DNA of 27,681 nt, taken from IMG/VR virus record IMGVR_UViG_3300005144_000020, positions 1 to 27,681 of that record; one strand, 5' to 3'. Made by a program: the position numbers and the translations under genes. The notes under the pieces are model-generated. The model saw only the letters and a program-made list of their open reading frames with translations, had not been told where the DNA came from and searched no databases. Origin of the DNA: a virus (taxonomy: Duplodnaviria > Caudoviricetes). Shown in pieces: positions 6,974 to 16,218 of this stretch. The first letter of the stretch is position 1; the number at the start of each line of letters is the position of its first letter.

Positions 6974-8655
6974 AGAAATACACGGCCGACTACAACCCGA
7001 TTCTTGAATATTGGCTGGCGATCGAATCTGGTGCCGAAATCGTCGGAGACAAGATCCGCCGGACCTATAAGAAAATCGTTTCTGACCTCACTGATAAAAG
7101 CAGTGAGTTTTTTTATAGCTACGCAAGGGCGAACCATATACTTGAATTCGCCGAAAACTACTGCCATCACAGCAAGGGCAAATACGGCGGCCAGCCGGTC
7201 GTCCTGGAGCTTTGGGAAAAGGCAATGCTGGCGACCATCTTCGGTTTCGTTGACATCGAGGGAAACCGCAAATACAGAGAAGCGATCCTGATTGTCGGGA
7301 AAAAGAACGGCAAGTCGCTCATTGCCTCCATCGTCGGGCTCTACCTGCAAATCGGCGACAGCGAAGCCGGTCCGGAAGTGTACGCTGTCGCTACGAAAAA
7401 GGACCAGGCGAGGATCATCTGGCTTGAGTCGAAACGCATGCGTAACAAATCGCCTGCGCTGCGGAAACGCATCCGGGCACTGGTCGGAGAGATGGACAGC
7501 GATTTCAACGATGGCGTGTTTAAACCCCTGGCTTCCGACAGTGACACCCTCGACGGATTGAATGTTCACGGCTGCCTCATGGATGAGATCCACCAATGGA
7601 AAAACGGCAAGGCGCTGTTCGACATCATGGCCGATGGAACGACCGCGAGAGAGCAGCCGCTCATTCTGATCACATCGACCGCCGGCAAGATCCGCGAAGA
7701 CATATACGACGAGAAATACGCCGAGGCGGAGCGGGTTATCAACGGATATTTCGATCCGCAAGGATACCACGACGACCACTTCATCGCATTTATCTACGAG
7801 CTGGATTCACGGAACGAGTGGATGGATCCCAAAGCCTGGAAGAAAGCCAATCCTGGGCTGGGCACCATTAAAAATGAAAAGACGCTGGCCGCAAAGGTAG
7901 AGAAAGCAAAAGCCAATCCGATTCTTGTCAAAAACCTGGTCTGCAAGGAATTCAACATCCGGGAAACCTCTTCCGAATCCTGGCTGACCTTCGAGCAGCT
8001 GAACAACACGGCAACGTATGACATCGAGAAGCTTAAGCCGCGCTATTGCATCGGCGGCCTTGATCTTTCAGAGACTACCGACCTGACCTGTGCAACGACT
8101 ATATTCAGGGTTCCGGGGGATGAAACGCTTTATGTCAAACAGATGTATTGGCTGCCGGCCGACTTGCTAGACCAAAGAGTCAAGGAAGACAAGATACCAT
8201 ACGACCTTTGGCACGAGCAAGGGCTTTTAAGGCTGAGCGAAGGAAACAAGATCAACTATAAAGACGTTGTCGGATGGTTCCTCGAAGTTCAAAACGATTT
8301 CGATTGCTACATTTACAAAATAGGCTACGACTCATGGAACAGCACCTACATCGTCGATGAGCTCCAGCTGAACTTCGGCAAGGAATCGACTGAGCCGGTT
8401 ATCCAGGGTAAGAAAACGATGTCCAGCCCAATGAAGAATTTCGCCGCCGACCTTGAAGCGAAGAGGATCAACTACAACAATCACCCAATCCTGAAATGGT
8501 GCTTGTCGAATGCGGCCATCGACATCGATAAGAACAACAACATTTCCTTGATTAAGACAAGCAACCAGCGGAGAAGAATCGACGGCGTTGCCAGCCTGAT
8601 GGACGCCTATATTGCATTGGACCGCCATCAGGAGGACTATAAGAATCTGATTTAA
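6970..8655 (+). CDS. terL: Terminase large subunit
   Basis: Walker A VGKKNGKS, Walker B CLMDEIH, ITSTAG, nuclease motifs GGLDLSETTD and RIDGVASLMDA. Confidence 0.97.
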   Translation: MKKYTADYNPILEYWLAIESGAEIVGDKIRRTYKKIVSDLTDKSSEFFYSYARANHILEFAENYCHHSKGKYGGQPVVLELWEKAMLATIFGFVDIEGNRKYREAILIVGKKNGKSLIASIVGLYLQIGDSEAGPEVYAVATKKDQARIIWLESKRMRNKSPALRKRIRALVGEMDSDFNDGVFKPLASDSDTLDGLNVHGCLMDEIHQWKNGKALFDIMADGTTAREQPLILITSTAGKIREDIYDEKYAEAERVINGYFDPQGYHDDHFIAFIYELDSRNEWMDPKAWKKANPGLGTIKNEKTLAAKVEKAKANPILVKNLVCKEFNIRETSSESWLTFEQLNNTATYDIEKLKPRYCIGGLDLSETTDLTCATTIFRVPGDETLYVKQMYWLPADLLDQRVKEDKIPYDLWHEQGLLRLSEGNKINYKDVVGWFLEVQNDFDCYIYKIGYDSWNSTYIVDELQLNFGKESTEPVIQGKKTMSSPMKNFAADLEAKRINYNNHPILKWCLSNAAIDIDKNNNISLIKTSNQRRRIDGVASLMDAYIALDRHQEDYKNLI

Positions 8656-8667
8656 GGAGGTGAGAGC

Positions 8668-9828
8668 ATGGGATTTTTTGACCGGTTCAAAAACCGGGCG
8701 GTCACGGTAACGAGCTACAAAATGATCACTGACTCCGGAAACGGCTTTTATATGTGGGGCGGCAATTTGTATCAATCCGATATCGTGAGAGCTGCCATCA
8801 GGCCAAAGGCGAGAGCGGTCGGCAAGGCGGTCGGCAAACACATCCGCAAAACTGTGCTGAAGGACGGAACGAAGGACATTAAAGTTAATCCGGACGTATA
8901 TATGCGATTCCTTCTGGAGGAGCCAAACCCGTATATGACCGGGCAGCAGATGCAGGAGAAGCTGGCAACCCACCTGGAGCTGAATAACAACGCATTCGCC
9001 TATATCAACCGAGACGAAAACGGATTCCCAACGGAGATATATCCGATTACGGCAACAAACTGCGAGGCCCTTCAGAACGACGCCGGAGAATTGTTTCTGA
9101 GGTTCACATTAAAGAGCGGCAAATATGTGACCTTCAGATATTTGGACATCATCCATCTGAGAAAGGACTTCAACAACAACGATGTTTTCGGAGATTCGCC
9201 GGCCGAGGCGCTGACACCGCTCATGGAGATCGTGACAACGACGGACCAGGGCATCGTCAAGGCCATTAAAAATTCTAACATCGTAAAATGGCTGCTGAAA
9301 TTCAATCAGACGCTGCGCCCGGAGGACATCAAGAAGAACACCCAGGAATTCATCAACAACTATCTGAACATCGAAAGCGACACAGTAGGAGCAGCTGCGG
9401 TCGACGCCAAAATGGACGCCAAGCAAGTCGACCCGAAAGATTATGTCCCGAACGCAGCGCAAATGGATAGAACGGTCCAGCGGATATATTCTTTCTTCAA
9501 CACGAATGAGAAGATCATCCAGGGCAGACAGTCTGAAGATGAATGGATCTCCTACTATGAAACCAGCATCGAGCCGGACGTGGTCCAGTTAAGCAATGAA
9601 TTCACTCGGAAACTGTTCACACGCCGGGAAAGGGGCTTTGGCAATGAAATAATTTTTGAATCATCGAACCTGACATTCGCTTCAATGCAGACCAAACTGG
9701 GCTTAGTTGCATATGTGGACCGCGGAATCATGACACCGAACGACGTCAGGGACGTATTGAACATGGCGCCGATCCAAGGAGGCGACGAGCCGATCAGACG
9801 GCTTGATACTCGCCCGACGACTGAGTAA
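8668..9828 (+). CDS. Portal protein (HK97 family)
   Basis: LLEEPNPYMTG...NNAFAYI, IIHLR, GIMTPNDVRDVLNMAPIQGGD; follows terL. Confidence 0.95.
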   Translation: MGFFDRFKNRAVTVTSYKMITDSGNGFYMWGGNLYQSDIVRAAIRPKARAVGKAVGKHIRKTVLKDGTKDIKVNPDVYMRFLLEEPNPYMTGQQMQEKLATHLELNNNAFAYINRDENGFPTEIYPITATNCEALQNDAGELFLRFTLKSGKYVTFRYLDIIHLRKDFNNNDVFGDSPAEALTPLMEIVTTTDQGIVKAIKNSNIVKWLLKFNQTLRPEDIKKNTQEFINNYLNIESDTVGAAAVDAKMDAKQVDPKDYVPNAAQMDRTVQRIYSFFNTNEKIIQGRQSEDEWISYYETSIEPDVVQLSNEFTRKLFTRRERGFGNEIIFESSNLTFASMQTKLGLVAYVDRGIMTPNDVRDVLNMAPIQGGDEPIRRLDTRPTTE

Positions 9829-9841
9829 AGGGGGTGAATAA

Positions 9842-10525
9842 ATGGCAAAGGTCAACATCAAGGGATCGATCGTATCGAGTGACGAGCAATGGATCTATGA
9901 ATACTTCGGGATACAGTCCACGAGTCCGAAGTCGGTAGACAAGGAAATCATGGACGCCAACGGCGAGGACATCGAGGTGGACATCAATTCCGGCGGCGGC
10001 AGCGTTTTTGCCGGGTCCGAAATCTATACGGCCATAAAATCCTATCATGGAAACGTGACCGTCAGGATCCTTGGGATCGCAGCAAGCGCAGCGTCCATCA
10101 TTGCGATGGCCGGCAAGAAAGTCTTCATGTCGCCGACGGCGCAGATGATGATCCACAATGTTTTCTCCTGCGCGCAGGGCGATTATAGAGACATGGAACA
10201 CATGGCCGAGGTCTTAAAGAACGCCAATGAGACCATCTCGAACGCTTACCGCATCAAAAGCGGTATGAGCCAGAAGGAATTGCTCAAACTCATGGACAAT
10301 GAGACATGGCTTTCCCCGCAAAAGGCACTCGATTACAAACTGATCGACGAGGTCATGTTTGAGGATGGCATCAAGCTGGCGGCAAGCTATGGCGGTTCGC
10401 CCCTGCTGCCGCCGGAGGTCATCAATAAAATGCGTAATACAATCAAGAGTCCGGTTCAGAATGGATCGGATTTTTTATTGCAAAAATCAAAGCTTCGGCT
10501 TTTGAAACTGAAGGGAGAAAAGTAA
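9842..10525 (+). CDS. ClpP-like head maturation protease
   Basis: INSGGGSVFAG, AASAASIIAMAG, MMIHN, ETWL motifs. Confidence 0.95.
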   Translation: MAKVNIKGSIVSSDEQWIYEYFGIQSTSPKSVDKEIMDANGEDIEVDINSGGGSVFAGSEIYTAIKSYHGNVTVRILGIAASAASIIAMAGKKVFMSPTAQMMIHNVFSCAQGDYRDMEHMAEVLKNANETISNAYRIKSGMSQKELLKLMDNETWLSPQKALDYKLIDEVMFEDGIKLAASYGGSPLLPPEVINKMRNTIKSPVQNGSDFLLQKSKLRLLKLKGEK

Positions 10526-11697
10526 TGGACAAAACGACTTATATCGAACAGAGGGCGGCCTTGCTCGCCGAATGCGAAAGCCTCATCACCGCCGGAAAAG
10601 CCGAGGAGGCAGAAGCAAAGATGGGGGAGGTTGAGGCGATTGACAACAAATGGGAAGCCGAAAAACTGGCCCAGGCCAACCTGGCCGCCTTAAAGGATAA
10701 GGCCGAGATCGTGAACCTTGAGAACAAATCTGTCAAAATTGAGGAGGTACAGAAAATGGAAGTTTTGAAACAAATGGATATTGCCACCATGTCCCCCGCG
10801 GAAGTCGCCGCCACCGACGAATACCGCAATGCCTACCTGAAGAAGCTGCAGGGCAAAGCCTTGACGCCTCAGGAAAATACCGTTGTCAGCGCGGCAAGTG
10901 TGATCCCCACTCAGACCCTGAACAAGATCATTGAGAAGTTGGAACAGACCTCTGTTCTCTATCCCTACATCTCCAAATCCAGCATCCCCGGGAACCTGAC
11001 CCTGCCTAGAGAAAACGCCAAGAATGACGCAGCTTGGACCGCAATGGGCACCGCAGCCACCGACAGCGAGGACTCTTACGACTCGGTATCCCTGGCGGCT
11101 TATAAGCTGATCAAGACCATTGAGATCGGCGCGGACGTTTCCGTTATGGCCATTCCTGCGTTTGAGGCTTTCCTGGTTGCAGCGCTGGCCAAGAAGATGG
11201 CCAAGGCCATCGACAATGCCATTCTGAACGGCACCGGCTCCGGACAACCCACTGGCCTTGCATACTCCGGCGTCATCACCAATACCGGCACTTTCACCAA
11301 AGCTGGCATGACCTTCACTGACCTGGTGACGATCATCGCAGACCTTCCCTCCAGCGAATACCGCAACGGCGCTGTGTTCGTGATGCCCTCCGCTTTGTAC
11401 TTCGGCGACGTCATCCCCGCGCTGGCCACCGAAGGCATCGGCGTAGATGCACAGAACGCCCTGCAGTACAAGATCCTTGGATATCCCGTAATTCTGGACG
11501 ACTACATAGCTGCCGACACCCTGATCTTCGGCAATCTGGAGAACTACCATCTGAACTGGGCGCAGGACATCACCATCGAGAACGACAAGAGCATCGGCTT
11601 CCGCAACGGCTCTGTCGTATACCGGGCGATGGCGCTTGCCGACGGGAAACCGACCAACCTGGAAGCATTCAACAAATACACCCGCGCTCTGTCCTAA
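10525..11697 (+). CDS. Major capsid protein (HK97 fold, N-terminal coiled-coil delta domain)
   Basis: VIPTQTLNKII, IDNAILNGTGSGQPTG, ILGYPVI, IFGNLENY; follows the protease. Confidence 0.95.
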   Translation: MDKTTYIEQRAALLAECESLITAGKAEEAEAKMGEVEAIDNKWEAEKLAQANLAALKDKAEIVNLENKSVKIEEVQKMEVLKQMDIATMSPAEVAATDEYRNAYLKKLQGKALTPQENTVVSAASVIPTQTLNKIIEKLEQTSVLYPYISKSSIPGNLTLPRENAKNDAAWTAMGTAATDSEDSYDSVSLAAYKLIKTIEIGADVSVMAIPAFEAFLVAALAKKMAKAIDNAILNGTGSGQPTGLAYSGVITNTGTFTKAGMTFTDLVTIIADLPSSEYRNGAVFVMPSALYFGDVIPALATEGIGVDAQNALQYKILGYPVILDDYIAADTLIFGNLENYHLNWAQDITIENDKSIGFRNGSVVYRAMALADGKPTNLEAFNKYTRALS

Positions 11698-11707
11698 GGC
11701 TGATACC

Positions 11708-11737
11708 GGGGCGGCTTCTGCCGTCCCAAATCTTTTT
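11708..11737 (+). terminator. Hairpin/terminator after the capsid gene
   Basis: ggggcggc-ttct-gccgtccc followed by aaatcttttt. Confidence 0.55.
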
Positions 11738-11754
11738 GAAATGGAGGTGGGGGA

Positions 11755-12267
11755 ATGGCCTTTCTGGATGATGTAAAAGCGGTTCTTAGAGTAAAGACGA
11801 CCGATTCCGGCATCGTCGGAGAAATATCGGGGCTGATCGCTGCAGCGAAGGCTGACCTGGCGCTTTCCGGGATCATTGCAGCCAAAGCCACAGACGACAC
11901 AGATGCTCTCGTGAGCACCGCAATCAAAGCCTATTGCAAGGCATATTTCGGGCTCGACAACCCAGAGCGAGACAAACTCATTGCCATATATGAGGGGCTC
12001 AAGGCCACCCTGTCCCTGACAATGGCGTATGCTTACTTCGCCATCACCTTCACAGTAAAAGAGGGTGAGATAGCCGTCAGCGGCGCGGAAATCACATTCA
12101 ACAATGAAACGAAGCAAACCAATTCGTCCGGGGTTGCGATCTTCGAAGGCGTCAAGGCCGGATATGACCAGGAATACACGGTCACGGCCGACGGCTATGT
12201 CATGCAAGAGGGCGAGCTGGATGTGTCCGCGAGCGCGAGCGTGGCGATTGCATTGGTAGGTGAGTGA
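11755..12267 (+). CDS. Head-tail connector (gp6-like) with C-terminal Ig-like domain
   Basis: LDDVKAVLRV...EISGLIAAAKADLALSGI...AIKAYCKAYFG, then a ~75-aa beta-rich tail (ITFTVK..VSGAEITFN..TNSSGVAIF..YTVTADGY). Confidence 0.85.
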   Translation: MAFLDDVKAVLRVKTTDSGIVGEISGLIAAAKADLALSGIIAAKATDDTDALVSTAIKAYCKAYFGLDNPERDKLIAIYEGLKATLSLTMAYAYFAITFTVKEGEIAVSGAEITFNNETKQTNSSGVAIFEGVKAGYDQEYTVTADGYVMQEGELDVSASASVAIALVGE

Positions 12268-12268
12268 C

Positions 12269-12571
12269 ATGCTGTGGTGTGAAGCCATCTCCCTGATTGC
12301 CATTACGGAAACAACGAACGCGATAGGGGACAGGATCCCGTCGGAAACCAAGTCGAGCGTCTACGCCAACCGGAAATCGATTCGGCAAAGCGAGTTTTAT
12401 CAGGCGCAGGCGGCCGGGCTTCAGCCTGAAATCATGTTTGAAGTCAGGTCCGCGGACTATGCCGGGCAGAAACTGGCCGAAACGAGCGATGGAGCAAGAT
12501 ACAAAGTCATAAGAACCTATGACAAGAACATGGAAATCACCGAGCTGGTCTGCCAAGGGCTGGTGATCTGA
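12269..12571 (+). CDS. Head closure / head-tail adaptor protein
   Basis: VYANRKSIRQSEFYQAQAAGLQPEIMFEV...YKVIRTY...ELVC. Alternative GTG start at 12260. Confidence 0.88.
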   Translation: MLWCEAISLIAITETTNAIGDRIPSETKSSVYANRKSIRQSEFYQAQAAGLQPEIMFEVRSADYAGQKLAETSDGARYKVIRTYDKNMEITELVCQGLVI

Positions 12572-13017
12572 TGCCGGTACCGAAAAGCGCAATAAAAATC
12601 AAGAGAGACGGCGTCGAATACATTTCAAATGTGGACCGCGTCAACTATCTGATCAGCGAACTGACGCGGGCAGCGCTCAGAGATGTCGGGAAACTGACGA
12701 ATAAGCGCATCAGGGCGAAAGCAAGGAAGCTGCGCGGCCTAATAAAGAGTAAGCGCGTATCCAACGCGTTCCAATATTGGGTCAGAAAGAAAGAATGCGA
12801 CCTGCAAATCGGCGTCAAACATGGCACCTGGTACGGCGAACAGCAGGAGCTCGGAACAAAGAACTAGCCAAAGCGCGCGTTCCTCAGGGATACGGTTTAC
12901 GAGAACATCGAAGAGATCCGGAAGATCGAGGGCGTCTATTTAAGTTACATCGAGAACGAAAACAAGGCGCTCTCGGTCATCGACGAGGATGCGGAGGGAG
13001 ACAATGACGACGAATAG
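12571..13017 (+). pseudogene. HK97 gp10-like neck/tail-completion gene interrupted by in-frame TAG at 12865-12867
   Basis: Frame continues ...QELGTKN*PKRAFLRDTVYENIEEIRKIEG...DDE* to 13017, overlapping the next start. The ELGT..PxxxFLR motif spans the stop. Confidence 0.8.
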
Positions 13018-13384
13018 AGTGACGGCCATCAGAACGGCCATACAATCGGCGCTCAGCGCCATCCATGACCGCGTCTACTATAAAGACGCCAAAGTCGGGG
13101 CCGTTTTTCCGTACCTTGTCTTTGCACTGCCGAACTCAACAAGTGACGGCGAGTTGGAGCAATTCGTCCTCGATGTGGACGGATGGGACGATGATCAGAA
13201 TACATTGGCCCTTGAGACGCTGATGTACAACGCAGAACTAGTCTTAAACAAGAAGGCCATCGTCTCCGGAGACCTGGCATTCATTATCCGACTGGACAAC
13301 CGGCTGGAACCGGAAGAAAAAGAATCCAGGCTCCAGCGGCGCAAATATATCTTTCAAATCAAAGTATACGAAGGGGGCAATTAA
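13004..13384 (+). CDS. Probable tail terminator protein
   Basis: RVYYKDA....FPYLVF...LDVDGWDD; position between the gp10-like gene and the major tail gene; GGAGGG RBS. Confidence 0.7.
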   Translation: MTTNRVTAIRTAIQSALSAIHDRVYYKDAKVGAVFPYLVFALPNSTSDGELEQFVLDVDGWDDDQNTLALETLMYNAELVLNKKAIVSGDLAFIIRLDNRLEPEEKESRLQRRKYIFQIKVYEGGN

Positions 13385-14137
13385 ATGGATGACATCATTT
13401 TAGGCGAAGGCGTATTCGCGGTCGGCGCATCGCTGGGCGCTATGGTCGATATCGGCGTCGTGCGAGGCGGCGGCAAGTTCTCGATAGAACGGGACATCCG
13501 TCAAATCGAAGCCGATGGAGACCTTGGACCGGTCAAAGGCAGGCTGCGGCTGGTCAAGGAAGTTCCCAAGCTGACCGTAAACAGCCTTGAACTCCTCAGA
13601 GGCAACTTGACGAAGTTCTACCCGGGCATGAACCTCAATACCGCCGACAGCGGCAAGGACGTGCTGACAAGCACCGTCACGATCGCAACGGCGGATTACA
13701 ACTATGTGACCTTCACCGGGAAGAACCAGGCAGGCCAGCAGATATATATCGAACTGCAGAACGCAATCAACCTGGAAAACCTCGACTGGGCGTTTAAGGC
13801 CAAGGATGAGGTCGTGGCGGCGCTGACTTTCACCGGAACCTATGACGAGGCCTCCAAGACGACCTCGCCCTACAAAGTAGAATTCGCCAAGGGCACGACT
13901 TACACTGTCACCTTTACCGTCAAAGACTCCGGAGCTACCCCGATCGTCGGCGCCTCGGTTTCCTTCAACAATCAGACTGTGGTTACCATTGCAGGCGGCA
14001 TCGCGGCATTTACCGGGGTTGCTGTCGGCACGAACATCCCGTTCTCGGTCATTTCCGGCGGCAAGCAGACTTATTTCGGCGCTGTTACCGTGGATGGCGT
14101 CGAAGCCGTTACCGTTACAATGACCGACATCGCTTGA
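13385..14137 (+). CDS. Major tail (tube) protein with C-terminal Ig-like domain
   Basis: IILGEG...GVVRGGGKF....RQIEADG tube-like N-terminus; C-terminal VTFTVKDS..PIVGASVSFN. Confidence 0.85.
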   Translation: MDDIILGEGVFAVGASLGAMVDIGVVRGGGKFSIERDIRQIEADGDLGPVKGRLRLVKEVPKLTVNSLELLRGNLTKFYPGMNLNTADSGKDVLTSTVTIATADYNYVTFTGKNQAGQQIYIELQNAINLENLDWAFKAKDEVVAALTFTGTYDEASKTTSPYKVEFAKGTTYTVTFTVKDSGATPIVGASVSFNNQTVVTIAGGIAAFTGVAVGTNIPFSVISGGKQTYFGAVTVDGVEAVTVTMTDIA

Positions 14138-14143
14138 TAAACA

Positions 14144-14175
14144 GACACAGAGGGGCATATCGCCCCTCTGTGTTT
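14144..14175 (+). terminator. Hairpin/terminator after the major tail gene
   Basis: acacagaggggc-atatc-gcccctctgtgt, followed by tt. Confidence 0.7.
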
Positions 14176-14191
14176 CCAGGGAGGGAATATT

Positions 14192-14505
14192 TTGAAGAAG
14201 CTAAGCACAGACGAGCTATTTATTTTATCGGAAATCGCCGACAAGATGGACTTTATAATGCCGGCGCCGCCTGACACGAGGGGGAAAAACGCCGAGCAGA
14301 TCAAGCAGCTGCAAAAAGAGTATGGCACAGCAATTCTAAGTACATTCATCAAGAAGATCCACAAGGCCAAAACGAGATCATCCAGTTATTGACCGTAACG
14401 ACCGGAAAAACCGCGGATGAAATTAGAGCCCTCTCAATCAAGGGAATCGGAGCGCTTCTGATGGAACTGGTCCAGCAGGATGGAGTTATGGATTTTTTCA
14501 AATAA
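14192..14505 (+). pseudogene. Tail assembly chaperone (gpG-like), apparently frameshifted at the A-run 14369-14372
   Basis: The annotated frame stops at 14392. Adding one A gives ...KIHKAKNEIIQLLTVTTGKTADEIRALSIKGIGALLMELVQQDGVMDFFK*, ending at the slippery site. Confidence 0.75.
14493..14499 (+). other. Programmed -1 frameshift heptamer T TTT TTC (gpG/gpGT type)
   Basis: GAT TTT TTC AAA TAA; the -1 frame is open (QISRKAGFPRIFSMLSRHW...) to 14789, directly before the tape measure gene. Confidence 0.8.
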
Positions 14506-14789
14506 GCCGTAAAGCAGGATTTCCCAGGATATTTTCCATGCTTTCACGGCATTGGGCAGCGCTTGAGGGATTGCCGCTGAAATTCATCGTCAAGCTGGCC
14601 ATCGAGGAAATGGAGCAAGCAGAAGAACGGAAGGCATGGCAAATGTGGCTAGCAAAATACCAATATATGAGCCAGGACAATTTCGTGCCATTCTCGGACT
14701 TCTTTGTAAAAAGCAAACCGATAAGCCAACGGCCGGCAGAGGAAATCATAGCCGAGGCGATGGAAATAAGGCGGACACTGGGGAGGTGA
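14499..14789 (+). CDS. Tail assembly chaperone gpT-like segment (made as a frameshift fusion; first ATG at 14538)
   Basis: EEMEQAEERKAWQMWLAKYQYM..FVPFSDF; open from the slippery site; no clear RBS at 14538. Confidence 0.7.
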   Translation, partial: QISRKAGFPRIFSMLSRHWAALEGLPLKFIVKLAIEEMEQAEERKAWQMWLAKYQYMSQDNFVPFSDFFVKSKPISQRPAEEIIAEAMEIRRTLGR

Positions 14790-14793
14790 GTGA

Positions 14794-16218
14794 ATGGAAA
14801 TTTTTAAGCTTTTCGGCAGCGTATTGGTCGAAGAAAAGGCGGCGACCGAAAGCCTCTGTAAAATCGACGAAAAAGCCGAAGGCGTCGGAGGAAAGCTCGC
14901 AACAATGGGCGGAGCGGCCTTGAAAGCCGGAGCCGTCATTGGAGCAGCAGCTGCAAGCGGCGCAGTTGCCCTTTTTGGTCTAGCCGAAAAAGCATCGGAG
15001 ACCGCCTCGGAATTCAACGACTTATCCGCAAAGACCGGCCTCAACACCGACCGACTGCAGGAACTGAAGTTTGCCGCCGATCAGACCGGAACGCCTTTCG
15101 AGGCACTGGAAACTGCTGCCGCAAAGCTCACGAAAACAATGGATGCCGCCAAGGATGCAAACTCTTCAGCCGGGGAGGCTTTCGCCCAGCTCGGGATCAG
15201 CGTCAAGGACAGCCAGGGAAATCTGAAAAGCATGGATGACGTCATGCCGCAAGTCCTCGCAAAGCTGGCCGATATGCCCAATGCAACAGAGCGGAATGCG
15301 CTGGCGATGCAGCTTCTCGGAAAAGGCGCGATGGATATGGCTCCGTTGTTGGGACTTGGGTCTGCAGGCATCGAGGAAATGACCAAGAAAGCTCACGAAC
15401 TCGGGTTGGTGATGAGTACAGAAGCCATCGAAGCGGGCGACGCATTCGGCGATACCTGGGATGCCACCAAGGCAACTTTGGAAGGCGTCGTTACCAAAAT
15501 AGGCATAGAATTCCTACCGATGTTTCAAAAGGTCCTCGATTGGGTCATGGCGCACATGCCGGAGATTCAAAAGACAATGGATACGGTATTCGGCGTGATC
15601 TCGACCGTCGTGACCACGGTCTATAACATCTTCACCGACGACGTCCTGCCGGTGCTGCAGAAATTATACGATTGGGTGCAGCCCTATATCCCGCAGATCA
15701 AGGATTTTATTATCAACGCCTTCCAGGACATATGGAACATCGTTGAAAAGGTCTGGAGGATCCTGGACAAAAGCCTGTTCCCTATCCTCAAAAAAATCTA
15801 TGACTGGGTAGTCCCGTACTTTCCGGTCATCGGCAACGTGATCAAGGCCGCTTTTGATGTGGTCATCGGCGTCGTGAATAAGGTCCTTGATGTGTTTTCC
15901 AGCGTCATCGACAAGATCAATGCGGTCGTCACAGCGGTCAAGGACTTCTTCGGCGCCACGGACAACAAATCGATTTCCGTGGGTGTTTCGTCCACTCAAT
16001 GGGAATTGCCGGCAATGGCTACCGGCGGCACAGTAATATCCCCCGGCCGTGTTCTTGTCGGAGAAGAAGGTCCGGAGATCCTTGACCTTCCTTCCGGCGC
16101 CAGGGTAACACCTCTGGGTACCGGAAACCAGAACAACATATTCAACATTTACGGCAATAACGCAGAGGAGATATGGGACGGCCTTTACAATAAGCTCCTT
16201 TATTTAGGGGTGGTGTAA
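14794..16218 (+). CDS. Tape measure protein (short, 474 aa)
   Basis: MEIFKLFGSVLV start, LQELKFAA, aromatic-spaced helical repeats, C-terminal MATGG...VGEEGPE. Confidence 0.92.
   Translation: MEIFKLFGSVLVEEKAATESLCKIDEKAEGVGGKLATMGGAALKAGAVIGAAAASGAVALFGLAEKASETASEFNDLSAKTGLNTDRLQELKFAADQTGTPFEALETAAAKLTKTMDAAKDANSSAGEAFAQLGISVKDSQGNLKSMDDVMPQVLAKLADMPNATERNALAMQLLGKGAMDMAPLLGLGSAGIEEMTKKAHELGLVMSTEAIEAGDAFGDTWDATKATLEGVVTKIGIEFLPMFQKVLDWVMAHMPEIQKTMDTVFGVISTVVTTVYNIFTDDVLPVLQKLYDWVQPYIPQIKDFIINAFQDIWNIVEKVWRILDKSLFPILKKIYDWVVPYFPVIGNVIKAAFDVVIGVVNKVLDVFSSVIDKINAVVTAVKDFFGATDNKSISVGVSSTQWELPAMATGGTVISPGRVLVGEEGPEILDLPSGARVTPLGTGNQNNIFNIYGNNAEEIWDGLYNKLLYLGVV

Noticed and set aside
10690-12351. 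553-aa antisense ORF, and similar long antisense ORFs at 6871-7779, 8332-8973, 13400-14158 and 16902-17708
   Set aside because: Shadow frames of GC3-rich structural genes, with no recognisable motifs.
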